Assembly: GCA_042577985.1 (NCBI GenBank) | Contig: JBHPDI010000002.1 | Location: 1 to 51,001 of the forward strand | From: Halobacteriota archaeon | GTDB lineage: Archaea > Halobacteriota > UBA148 | Reading direction: 5' to 3' | DNA length: 51,001 nucleotides | In this document: piece by piece, positions 38,276 through 46,544 of the stretch | Position numbering within the stretch: position 1 is the stretch's first letter | How the letters are laid out: each line of letters begins with the position of its first letter | Translations under genes and position numbers: made by a program | The notes under the pieces: generated by a model | The model's input: only the letters and a program-made list of their open reading frames with translations | Databases searched by the model: none | What the model was told of the DNA's origin: nothing

Positions 38276-39721
38276 TTGAAAGAGAATTTAAAAAAGCTCG
38301 GCGATTGTCTATGGGAATTGCCCATGGGAGCCGTTAAAGGAATGAATGTGCCAGCATGGATTTTCTTATCAGACAAATTAGTAGCTCAGGTCGAGGAGGG
38401 TGCAATAAAGCAGGCTGCAAATGTTGCCTGCCTGCCAGGAATCTACAAGCATTCCATTGCACTACCGGATATGCATTTTGGTTACGGTTTTCCCATAGGG
38501 GGCGTCGCCGCTTTGGATGCCCAAAAAGGGGGCCTCTCTCCAGGTGGAATTGGTTTTGACATCAACTGCGGTGTCCGACTGCTAAGAACAGATTTGAATT
38601 CTGGTGATATACGATCTGTTACGAAGTCGTTAGTGGCGGAAATATTTCATAACGTGCCCTCAGGCCTTGGCAAGGGAGGGAGAGTCAAATTTTCTACGCG
38701 GCAGATCTGCGAAGCGATTGAGATGGGTGCTGAGTGGGCAGTTGAAGAGGGCTATGGTACTGAGAAGGATCTAGAGCATTTGGAAGAAAAAGGTTGTATG
38801 AAGTCAGCTAACTCAGATAAAGTATCACCTAAGGCTATACAAAGAGGTGCACCCCAGCTTGGCTCCCTAGGAGCGGGAAACCATTTTCTGGAGGTCCAGA
38901 AGGTGAACGAAATCTACCGGCCAGATATTGCAAGTACCTTTGGCATCTCACATGAGGATCAGGTTTGTGTGATGATTCACACTGGTTCCAGGGGTTTTGG
39001 ACATCAAGTTTGCACCGATTATCTGCGAATATTGGAGAGGGAGTTTAGGGACGAAGTAGCAAAGCTACCTGATCGAGAACTGGTGTATGCTCCAGCAGGA
39101 ACCAAGGAATTTGATGATTATTTCGCAGCGATGAGTTGTGCGGCGAACTTTGCATGGTGTAACAGACAGATGATAACCCACTGGGTGAGAGAAAGTATGG
39201 CTAAAATTTTAGGTAGGTCTCAAGAGGAGCTTGGTATTAATGTGGTCTACGACGTCGCACACAACATCGGCAAATTAGAGGAATATGTAATAGACGGAGA
39301 GAGCACTAAGGTTTGCGTGCATAGAAAGGGTGCAACTCGATGTCTGGGTCCCGGTTCATCTGACATACCCAAGGATTATCGTGATGTGGGTCAGCCGGTG
39401 CTCGTTCCGGGAGATATGGGCTCTTCAAGCTACGTTTTAGTGGGAACAAAAAAGGCCGAAGAGGAGACTTTTTCTTCCGTCTGCCATGGTGCAGGGCGAA
39501 TAATGTCGAGGCATAGCGCGGTGAAAAAATTCAGGGGCGAGCAGATAAAGGCAAATTTAGAAAGTAGGGACATATTCGTACAATCTGCTAGTTGGAAGGT
39601 TCTGGCAGAGGAGGCGCCTGAGGTATACAAAGATATAGATGAGGTTGTAGGGGTTTGCGAGGCAGCTGGCATAAGCAAGACGGTTGCCAAGTTAGTGCCA
39701 ATGGGTGTGGTAAAGGGGTAA
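38276..39721 (+). CDS. rtcB: RNA-splicing ligase RtcB (3'-phosphate/5'-hydroxyl RNA ligase)
   Basis: 481 aa with LPGIY, PDMHFGYGFPIGG, GFDINCG, GAGNHFLEV, MIHTGSRGFGH, DVAHN, PGDMGSSSY and CHGAGR motifs. TTG start supported by alignment of the N-terminus (LKKLGDCLWELP) to known RtcB N-termini. Confidence 0.93.
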   Translation: MKENLKKLGDCLWELPMGAVKGMNVPAWIFLSDKLVAQVEEGAIKQAANVACLPGIYKHSIALPDMHFGYGFPIGGVAALDAQKGGLSPGGIGFDINCGVRLLRTDLNSGDIRSVTKSLVAEIFHNVPSGLGKGGRVKFSTRQICEAIEMGAEWAVEEGYGTEKDLEHLEEKGCMKSANSDKVSPKAIQRGAPQLGSLGAGNHFLEVQKVNEIYRPDIASTFGISHEDQVCVMIHTGSRGFGHQVCTDYLRILEREFRDEVAKLPDRELVYAPAGTKEFDDYFAAMSCAANFAWCNRQMITHWVRESMAKILGRSQEELGINVVYDVAHNIGKLEEYVIDGESTKVCVHRKGATRCLGPGSSDIPKDYRDVGQPVLVPGDMGSSSYVLVGTKKAEEETFSSVCHGAGRIMSRHSAVKKFRGEQIKANLESRDIFVQSASWKVLAEEAPEVYKDIDEVVGVCEAAGISKTVAKLVPMGVVKG

Positions 39722-39897
39722 TGCCCCCTATATTTTCTGAGTGAGACTTTGGACAGATACTTTTTCTTTCTATGTGAAAAAGATTGGCCAGTGCAAAGTA
39801 CTATATCCGTTGTTGATGTCCATTACATTACATGCCAAAAAAGGATAACTTAGTGATAAACGCCTCAGAGTTTTAGTTTTGTATTGTATTATAATGC

Positions 39898-40533
39898 CTA
39901 TCCAATATTACAAGACTCAAACCATTCAATGGTTAACAGCGCCTTATGAATTTTTTTTATTCTTTCTTTTGATCCCTCTATTAAAAAAGTTGAGGAAAGC
40001 CCACCTTTTTTCTTATTTATTTCTAAATTCATCAATTTATATTTTTTTACTCCGTTTTCTTTTAAAACTTTGATTATCTCACCTTCGTCAATTATTTTAT
40101 TTGTACACACCACTATTTTTTGTTGATAAGAGCCAATTCCCTTTTTAGCAAGAATCTGGTCAAATAGAATAACCATCCAAACTATTGCATAAAGATTAAG
40201 CCCAATCCGATATCGTCCAAGACCAATAATGAGACCTAAAATTGCAAATAACCAAATACTGGCTGCCGTTGTAAATCCAAAAATTTTATCGGTCGTCCTT
40301 ATTAATGCACCAGCACCTAAGAATCCAATACCTGTTACTATGGCTCCAAGCAGAGTAAATGGATTAGTCGAATCTACTTCCGTTGTTATCATTGCTAAAG
40401 CACAAGAGCCTACGGATACAAAAATGAAAGTGCCGAATCCGATCGGTTTATGAGATCTTTGCCTTTCGAGACCAAATATCGATGCCATTATGAATGTGAG
40501 AATTAGCCTTAGGATTATTATTGGAGTTTCCAT
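39898..40533 (-). CDS. MgtC/SapB-family membrane protein
   Basis: FGLERQ.SHKPIGFGTFIFVSVGS motif, 4-5 TM segments and a soluble ACT-like C-terminal domain, 211 aa. Confidence 0.8.
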   Translation of the reverse strand: METPIIILRLILTFIMASIFGLERQRSHKPIGFGTFIFVSVGSCALAMITTEVDSTNPFTLLGAIVTGIGFLGAGALIRTTDKIFGFTTAASIWLFAILGLIIGLGRYRIGLNLYAIVWMVILFDQILAKKGIGSYQQKIVVCTNKIIDEGEIIKVLKENGVKKYKLMNLEINKKKGGLSSTFLIEGSKERIKKIHKALLTIEWFESCNIG

Positions 40534-40583
40534 GGTGATTTCCCTTTTTGTATGACTATTTAAACTTATTTAAAAAAGGAGCT

Positions 40584-40661
40584 TTGCACAAAAACTAACG
40601 ATTTTTGGAAACTTTATGTGCAAAATCAATACTTTATGTGCAAGAGGGACTTTATGTGCAA
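40584..40661 (-). repeat. phased iteron array: TTGCACATAAAGT x3 (minus orientation) plus one oppositely oriented degenerate copy
   Basis: Perfect reverse complements ACTTTATGTGCAA at 40611-40623, 40631-40643 and 40649-40661. Read on the minus strand the spacings are 18 then 20 nt. TTGCACAAAAACT (11/13 match) lies on the plus strand at 40584-40596. Confidence 0.85.
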
Positions 40662-40833
40662 AGCTATCGCACCTATCTTTATTGAATATACATTGCCAAA
40701 ATGTTGTTTCTTTTAAAAAAGATAATTCTGCTCATTTTGCTTACTTTTCTTGTAAGTTGCTTAAATTATTTTCAAAGATATGGTTAAAACCATATATTCA
40801 TTTATTTAGTTTTAAACTATAACTAAGGACTGG

Positions 40834-41367
40834 ATGCCCATTACTGATATCCATGAAAATGGTTTTGATCCAGCAGAATTTCTGGTACACAACGTGAAAC
40901 TCTTGCCTAAAGGTAGAGTACTTGATGTGGCTATGGGTAGCGGGCGGAACGCAATCTACCTAGCTAAGCTAGGTTTCGATGTGGAAGGCGTTGATATTTC
41001 ACCTAAAGCAGTAGATATTGCTCTAGAATTAGCACGAAAGGCCGATGTTACAATCAAAGCACAGGTTTCTGATTTGGAAGAGCATTATCTCATTGAAAAA
41101 GATGCCTATGAAGTGATTATGTGCTTCAATTACCTACAGCGATCCCTTATACCTCAGATCAAGGATGGATTGCGAAAAGGCGGAATGGTAGTCTATGAAA
41201 CTTTTATTGTGGACCAAGCCCGTTTCGGTAAACCAAAGAATCCCGACTACCTGCTGAAGCATAATGAACTTCTTGATATGTTTCGTGATTTCCGGTGCCT
41301 ACGATACCGTGAGGGAGTAGTTAAAGGCCCCAAAGCTATTGCCAGCATAATAGCTCAAAAATTGTAG
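40834..41367 (+). CDS. class I SAM-dependent methyltransferase (TehB-like small MTase)
   Basis: Motif I VLDVAMGSGRNAIYLAKLGFDVEGVDIS and post-I acidic residue in 177 aa. Confidence 0.8.
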   Translation: MPITDIHENGFDPAEFLVHNVKLLPKGRVLDVAMGSGRNAIYLAKLGFDVEGVDISPKAVDIALELARKADVTIKAQVSDLEEHYLIEKDAYEVIMCFNYLQRSLIPQIKDGLRKGGMVVYETFIVDQARFGKPKNPDYLLKHNELLDMFRDFRCLRYREGVVKGPKAIASIIAQKL

Positions 41368-41455
41368 AAGAATTCCTTTTTAGAGTGAACTGTGACGTTT
41401 AAGCTTCAGTATTTTTACATTGCATGTCACATTAGAAGGGTATCAAATAAAAATT

Positions 41456-41860
41456 CTAATCGAGGAGTAGCTTTTCACCTTCCAGCGATTGAGTTTCAGA
41501 GATGTTTTGGCTAGCTTCAAGGCAACCCAAATACTTACCATCTTTAGACCTTAATGCGTAATATTCAATCATCACCTTTTGCTTTTGATTCTCAGGTCCG
41601 ATGGGAAGATCTATCCAAAAACGAGCCTTTTCTCTCTTTCCTTCTTTCATCTCTTTGATAATAGTCTCTACCTTATGGAGGCTATTTTTAGGATGGCAAT
41701 TTCTAACATCTCTTCCCACAACACCCACCGGCCTTTTGAAAATTCTGGTTTCATGCTTATTCCAAGCTAATACCTTTTCACTCTCATCGATTACCGAGAA
41801 TTCCAAAGGTATAGTCTCAATTATAGACTCTAAAACAGCTTCTGGTAGTTTTCCGATCAT
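41456..41860 (-). CDS. stand-alone PAS-domain protein (DUF438-associated PAS type)
   Basis: LESIIETIPLEFSVIDESEKVLAWNK...GRDVRNCHPKNSLHKVETII pattern. First ATG is at 41860; the track start at 41914 is TTG. Confidence 0.6.
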   Translation of the reverse strand: MIGKLPEAVLESIIETIPLEFSVIDESEKVLAWNKHETRIFKRPVGVVGRDVRNCHPKNSLHKVETIIKEMKEGKREKARFWIDLPIGPENQKQKVMIEYYALRSKDGKYLGCLEASQNISETQSLEGEKLLLD

Positions 41861-41937
41861 AAACCCCACCACGTTATACACTTTCCACTTAATATATGAA
41901 ATTTGCCATTTCAAATTTTTTAGCAGTATCTTTTTCT

Positions 41938-42786
41938 TTAGAAGCCGTTAGATGAAATAGTTTTTATTGATTTTTCACGAACCAATCTTTTAGGTCCTGC
42001 AATTGCTACTACAGCAATTACAATCGCAATGAATAGAATAAGGTAGAAGAGCCCTCCTTGTTGTGTTTCAAGGGCTGGGAAAATTTGAGCTGAATAATTG
42101 AACATGGCATGAAAAACAAGAGCAACCAAGATGCTACCTCCCGTATTATTATACAACCAGGTGAGTAGTATTGCAATCAGGATGGCTGAAAGTATTAAAG
42201 GAATGATGGTGTACGTGTAAACGACTTCCTCACCTATCCAGAAATAGGGAATATGCCAAAGTCCCCATATAAATCCAAGTATTACGCTTGAATTAAGCGC
42301 ATTAAACCGTGCCTGAAGTCTATCGAGAGCGTATCCTCTCCAGCCGAATTCCTCTTGAAGAGGACCCTGAAATAATAAAACCATGACAAAGTAAACAGCA
42401 ATACCAAAAGGATCAGATATCCAGGATAGCTTAGGGACACTATCTCCTGCAAGTATTGCCAATAAAAGAGACCCCCCATATATAACTGGGAATATTAAGA
42501 GTATTGGTATCCACCAAACTTTTGCAAATCTATAATCCAAACCTCTTTTCAACAACCTTATTACTCCTCTTCTCCTTCCATTCCACCAAGTTAGTAAAAC
42601 AGCACTCACCAAAGGCCCCCATGCGGCTGGATTGCTGGGGCTGAGTAAAAAGTCGACTAGAATAGAAGACCCCAATAGTCCCCGCATTGCCAATGCTTCT
42701 GGAATCCAAAATAGCCACGTGAAGCCAAAGGCAATCAAAAAGAATAACAATAAATTCCGGTTTTCGGACTTATTTTGTTTCACCAT
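41938..42786 (-). CDS. CPBP-family intramembrane glutamic endopeptidase (CAAX protease/Abi)
   Basis: Polytopic membrane protein with EEFGWRGY and FHAMFN motifs. Confidence 0.85.
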   Translation of the reverse strand: MVKQNKSENRNLLLFFLIAFGFTWLFWIPEALAMRGLLGSSILVDFLLSPSNPAAWGPLVSAVLLTWWNGRRRGVIRLLKRGLDYRFAKVWWIPILLIFPVIYGGSLLLAILAGDSVPKLSWISDPFGIAVYFVMVLLFQGPLQEEFGWRGYALDRLQARFNALNSSVILGFIWGLWHIPYFWIGEEVVYTYTIIPLILSAILIAILLTWLYNNTGGSILVALVFHAMFNYSAQIFPALETQQGGLFYLILFIAIVIAVVAIAGPKRLVREKSIKTISSNGF

Positions 42787-42813
42787 TTATTAAAAATATA
42801 ATCTATTATATAC

Positions 42814-42855
42814 TTATATTTTATGGTAACAAGGTTATATTTTATGGTAATAAGG
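42814..42855. repeat. 21-nt tandem direct repeat (x2, one mismatch) in a divergent promoter region
   Basis: TTATATTTTATGGTAACAAGG at 42814-42834 and TTATATTTTATGGTAATAAGG at 42835-42855, between the CPBP gene (-) and the Tat lipoprotein gene (+). Confidence 0.8.
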
Positions 42856-42939
42856 ATAACGGGGCGAAAAACTCTAAAGATAACCGATATTTGAAAGCTT
42901 TATGATGGATGTCAGGCATAATATACAAGAGGTGTAGCT

Positions 42940-43269
42940 ATGAAAATGGGAAGGCGCAGGTTCCTCAAATATCTCGCAATCGCTGGGGCTATAGCCACTA
43001 TGGGATTTTCAGGATGTGTATCGCCTCCAGAGACGACACCAGCCACAACACCTACACCAAGACCAGCAGCAGAGCCAACTCCAACATCAAGATCTACAAC
43101 TCAAAAATTTACAGAAACTAAACTCTGTCCAAAATGTAAGAACAACGACATGGCCCTTCAAGACAAAAACGGTGTACTGTGGTGGGTGTGTCCTGAGTCT
43201 GCATACTGTGGATATACTGAAAAAGTAACAGAGCTAGAAATTTTGAAAAAGTATGGCTATATGGACTAA
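42940..43269 (+). CDS. Tat-signal lipoprotein with Pro/Thr linker and C-terminal zinc ribbon
   Basis: The sequence starts MKMGRRRFLKYLAIAGAIATMGFSGC, giving a twin-arginine motif and a lipobox Cys. A PT-rich linker follows, then CPKC...x19...CPESAYC, and AGGTG lies upstream of the ATG as an RBS. Confidence 0.7.
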   Translation: MKMGRRRFLKYLAIAGAIATMGFSGCVSPPETTPATTPTPRPAAEPTPTSRSTTQKFTETKLCPKCKNNDMALQDKNGVLWWVCPESAYCGYTEKVTELEILKKYGYMD

Positions 43270-43461
43270 ATCAAATCAACTAAAAGCTGCCAATGAATAT
43301 AATACCCTTTTAACCAATGTACCAAACCATTTCACCACTTCAGTAGCAGAGTTAGCATGTGCAGGTTATCTGCTCTTATAGAAGCTTCTATAGAAAAAAG
43401 TCTTATTTGACCAAAAGTTTGGAGTTTTTGATCGATTAAAAGTTTCAGTAGAAAACCATCT

Positions 43462-44688
43462 TCACTCTTGCCCCCCTCTAACAATCTCACTTATCTTCGA
43501 AAGAACCTCTTTTTGACCCGTATATGCCATCATCTCCTGCCAGGACTTCTGCAAACGAAGTAAATCCCCAAAGGGATCAGGATGGTCTTTGACAAAGGAT
43601 TTAGCCAGAAATATGTTGTTCAATGCCTCTTCACAGGCGATTTTATCTCCCTTGGAAAGGTAATCTAAGGCTAACATTAGGTTGGACCTATATATCTTAT
43701 CTTCAAGATCTGCCTTGAGAAAGCAACCCGGGTAGGGATCAAAGTCTTCGGGTTTAACCATATACATATCAGAAATTGGTCTTTGGGTGTCTAACTTGGC
43801 CTTTTCAAAGAGAAAACGGAAGATGTCACTCCTGAGTATCTGCCAGGTAGGGTGTGCCTTGGGAGGAGGTAGATGCTTGATAGAGAGTTCAGAATCCAGA
43901 AAAAAATGGAATCCAAACATTCTTGCATTTATCAGATAATCGATGTCTTCTCCCCTTGGGACATTTGGGTCAAAGGGGACAACCCTAAATAGGTCCTGAT
44001 GGATTATCATATTCCCCCCAAAGACAAAAGGTGTCTCCTTTAGCCTGGGCTTTGTGGCTATGGTCTCATCAAAGGCCTGATTCATAGCCTCCAATTGTTC
44101 CCAGCAAACCATCCAAGGAAAACGTTTTGCCTTTAGACGATATTCACCATCTGGCTGTAGGTAATATCCGGCCACAGCGGACACGACTTTTCCGTAGAAT
44201 CTTTTGCCAATAAACTCTTTGGCCTTGCTCATGAAGCTTAAGTCTTCAACCACCTCATCGTCATCGATGAGGACTGCTATCTCTGAACCCAATATGTGTG
44301 GTAAAAAGATGCAAAGGTTTCGAATGTTAGAGTAACCGTCCAGTTGAAGAAGGGAGATATATCTTTCTTCACCCTTTGAAGATAATAGCCGATGAATTTG
44401 CCTCAGGTGAGAATTGGAGAATAGCAGTACCTCTACATCTACGCCTGCAGACTTGATGATACCCCTCACCTTTTCCTCAACGGCCTTTTCAATATCTGGG
44501 GAAGTGGCCACAGCAATAATGACAAGTTGGAAGTCTTTGTCATCCATAATCTTTATGGATTGTATGGCTCTGAGGAGCGTCCCATCATGATCAAGAGGCG
44601 TGGGGTGATCAAAGATGGCGTCCCCATCCTGCCATCCGACCTTACTATCCCTAGCCCAATAAGACGGAATGACCATTGTTGTTTTCAT
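43462..44688 (-). CDS. GT-A-fold glycosyltransferase-like protein, uncharacterized family
   Basis: N-terminal VIPSYW strand, LIDDDEV (DxD-like) and RGEDIDY motifs, plus an alpha-helical C-terminal region. 408 aa with a strong AGGAGGT RBS. The family assignment is tentative. Confidence 0.5.
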   Translation of the reverse strand: MKTTMVIPSYWARDSKVGWQDGDAIFDHPTPLDHDGTLLRAIQSIKIMDDKDFQLVIIAVATSPDIEKAVEEKVRGIIKSAGVDVEVLLFSNSHLRQIHRLLSSKGEERYISLLQLDGYSNIRNLCIFLPHILGSEIAVLIDDDEVVEDLSFMSKAKEFIGKRFYGKVVSAVAGYYLQPDGEYRLKAKRFPWMVCWEQLEAMNQAFDETIATKPRLKETPFVFGGNMIIHQDLFRVVPFDPNVPRGEDIDYLINARMFGFHFFLDSELSIKHLPPPKAHPTWQILRSDIFRFLFEKAKLDTQRPISDMYMVKPEDFDPYPGCFLKADLEDKIYRSNLMLALDYLSKGDKIACEEALNNIFLAKSFVKDHPDPFGDLLRLQKSWQEMMAYTGQKEVLSKISEIVRGGQE

Positions 44689-44814
44689 AATTACCTCCTA
44701 ATATGAAAAATTCAGATCGACATCTCTTGTCAAAGAATCCGTTGTCCATCATATTATAATATAGAGGCCGAATTATTAGTATATCTCATATCCAACCCCA
44801 TAAACCAGAAATTC

Positions 44815-44937
44815 TCACCTAAACGAACCCTTAACCTCTTTCTTCGCTTCTATCTCGTGATACTCGCACTCTGGGCAAATCCACTCCTCAAGAATGAATT
44901 CCATGTCTGCACCACAATTTGGACATTTTCTTTCCAT
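44815..44937 (-). CDS. 40-aa zinc-ribbon protein (not in the ORF track)
   Basis: Hand translation gives MERKCPNCGADMEFILEEWICPECEYHEIEAKKEVKGSFR, with CPxC...CPxC. It starts 6 nt after the archease stop on the same strand. Confidence 0.55.
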   Translation of the reverse strand: MERKCPNCGADMEFILEEWICPECEYHEIEAKKEVKGSFR

Positions 44938-44943
44938 AAATTC

Positions 44944-45366
44944 TCATACATCTAGGAGTACTTGGGCAGTCCAGGTCCCATCGATCTGCTTGATTTCCAT
45001 ACCATGATAGGTGCAAGCCTTTACTTCTGTCTTCGTCCTGTGCTTGGCTTGATCGATGGGCTCACCTGAGACTTTTGCACTAAGTCTCATCTGATTTTCA
45101 TCTATATGAACGTCAAATCTGGAGAACGCGAGACTCTCGGCATCGACATAGAAGAGCAATTCGTTGAGCCAATCGAACATCAATGATTCTAAATCCTCCC
45201 CTTTGACATTGATCTTTTTCACAATTCTCGGCTTGACATTCTCGGTATCGAGCATAACATCAAACATCGCAAGTGCAGCATTGGCAAAAGCCTCTTCTAA
45301 AGTTCTCCCATAGGCTTTGAAACATACATCTGCCGTAGCAAATCCCAGAAATTCAAATTTTTTCAT
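44944..45366 (-). CDS. archease (RtcB activator / RNA-modification chaperone family)
   Basis: 140 aa with FEFLGFATADVCFKAYGRTLEEAFANAA...VKACTYHGMEI pattern, typical of archease. Confidence 0.88.
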   Translation of the reverse strand: MKKFEFLGFATADVCFKAYGRTLEEAFANAALAMFDVMLDTENVKPRIVKKINVKGEDLESLMFDWLNELLFYVDAESLAFSRFDVHIDENQMRLSAKVSGEPIDQAKHRTKTEVKACTYHGMEIKQIDGTWTAQVLLDV

Positions 45367-45625
45367 GCTGATATCTTATTATTTGTACCTATTACAGATC
45401 AGAGTTTTTATAACTCTTTGAACAATTATCCTAAAAATCTTTGGTATTAAACAGGCTTGTCTTTTTTCAGAAGTTGTTTGAAAGCCAAATAAAAAAAGCA
45501 TATCAGATACTTAATTATTTAGTAATTGATAGACATAATAAGTGATAGAAACGATGAAACGGAGGGTCAGAGGCGTAAAAGATAGAAAAGACCTATATCA
45601 ATGCACCCATCTAACTTTGTGTGAG

Positions 45626-46168
45626 TTATAAATCTAAAAATATTCTTTCACGTAACATCTCAAGTCTTTTATGAATGTTTTCCCAGTGGCTGCCTTCCCA
45701 ATAAACTTTTCTGCATCTGTCGCAAATCCAAAAATCGACTCCTTCTTCAATTAACTCATCTGGTATGTAATCTTCTCTCTTCAGCATGAACAGTTCATTG
45801 AACAGAACTTTTCTTATAAGTGCATTGCATAGCGTGCATCTGGTCATCTTTGGTTCCAGGTCGATATCATAGTAAGATAGCACCTCTTCCAATTGTTCCA
45901 TAATGCTATCAAAGTTAATCAAGCAAACTCTGACCCCTGCGCGTTCTGCCCTCAATCTCAGTGTTTTATCCCTTGTGATTAAGATTCTTTTCTGTCCTGC
46001 AAATTTGAGTAAAAACTCATCCTCTTTGTCATCTAAGATAAAATCGCTCGCGCTGACCGTGTCATATCCAAGTATTCGGAGCCATATAGTTAGCCTACCC
46101 AACATTCGATCTACTATGAACTTCTTTTGATCTTGGGTTTTTTCACCCCCATATCTTTGAAATCCCAT
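45626..46168 (-). CDS. Mut7-C (DUF82) PIN-like RNase domain protein with C-terminal zinc ribbon
   Basis: FIVDRMLGRLTIWLRILGYDT...ILITRDK pattern, then CTLCN...CDRCRKVYWEGSHW. Confidence 0.8.
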   Translation of the reverse strand: MGFQRYGGEKTQDQKKFIVDRMLGRLTIWLRILGYDTVSASDFILDDKEDEFLLKFAGQKRILITRDKTLRLRAERAGVRVCLINFDSIMEQLEEVLSYYDIDLEPKMTRCTLCNALIRKVLFNELFMLKREDYIPDELIEEGVDFWICDRCRKVYWEGSHWENIHKRLEMLRERIFLDL

Positions 46169-46544
46169 TATATTCTCCTGAGATGCTGTTTTATGATATA
46201 GTTCTATTAAAGGAAAGGCGCAAAGGAAAGGCGCATAAAATTGTCGAAAATCCTAATGTAGAGGGACCTAATAGTAAGATTAAAAACCAAATATTTTTGT
46301 TCTTGCTAGAATTTTCAAAGTGGTATGTATTGGCAAAGATGGTGTTGTATTTGATGAAAAAAGGTTAATAAAAGTAATTAAAGAAATCTGCTAGGAAAAT
46401 CAAATTTTATATGGAAAAAAAGAGAGTTTATTGCGATTCGTTGGAATGTTGTAAAGGGTGTGCGGGGCGATAGTATTAAATACGAGGGTAACTAATGAGA
46501 CGATATAATAACTGATTTTGTTAATTTTAACTAGGTGAATATAT

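Noticed and set aside
39879-40073. 64-aa plus-strand ORF overlapping the 3' end of the mgtC-like gene
   Set aside because: It is antisense to the MgtC C-terminal domain, has hydrophobic/AT-driven composition, and has no RBS.
43377-43392. Perfect 16-bp palindrome TATAGAAGCTTCTATA between the convergent lipoprotein and GT-like genes
   Set aside because: It could form a hairpin, but archaeal termination relies on oligo-T tracts and none follows it in either direction. It contains a HindIII-type AAGCTT core, is a single copy, and gives no support for a specific function.
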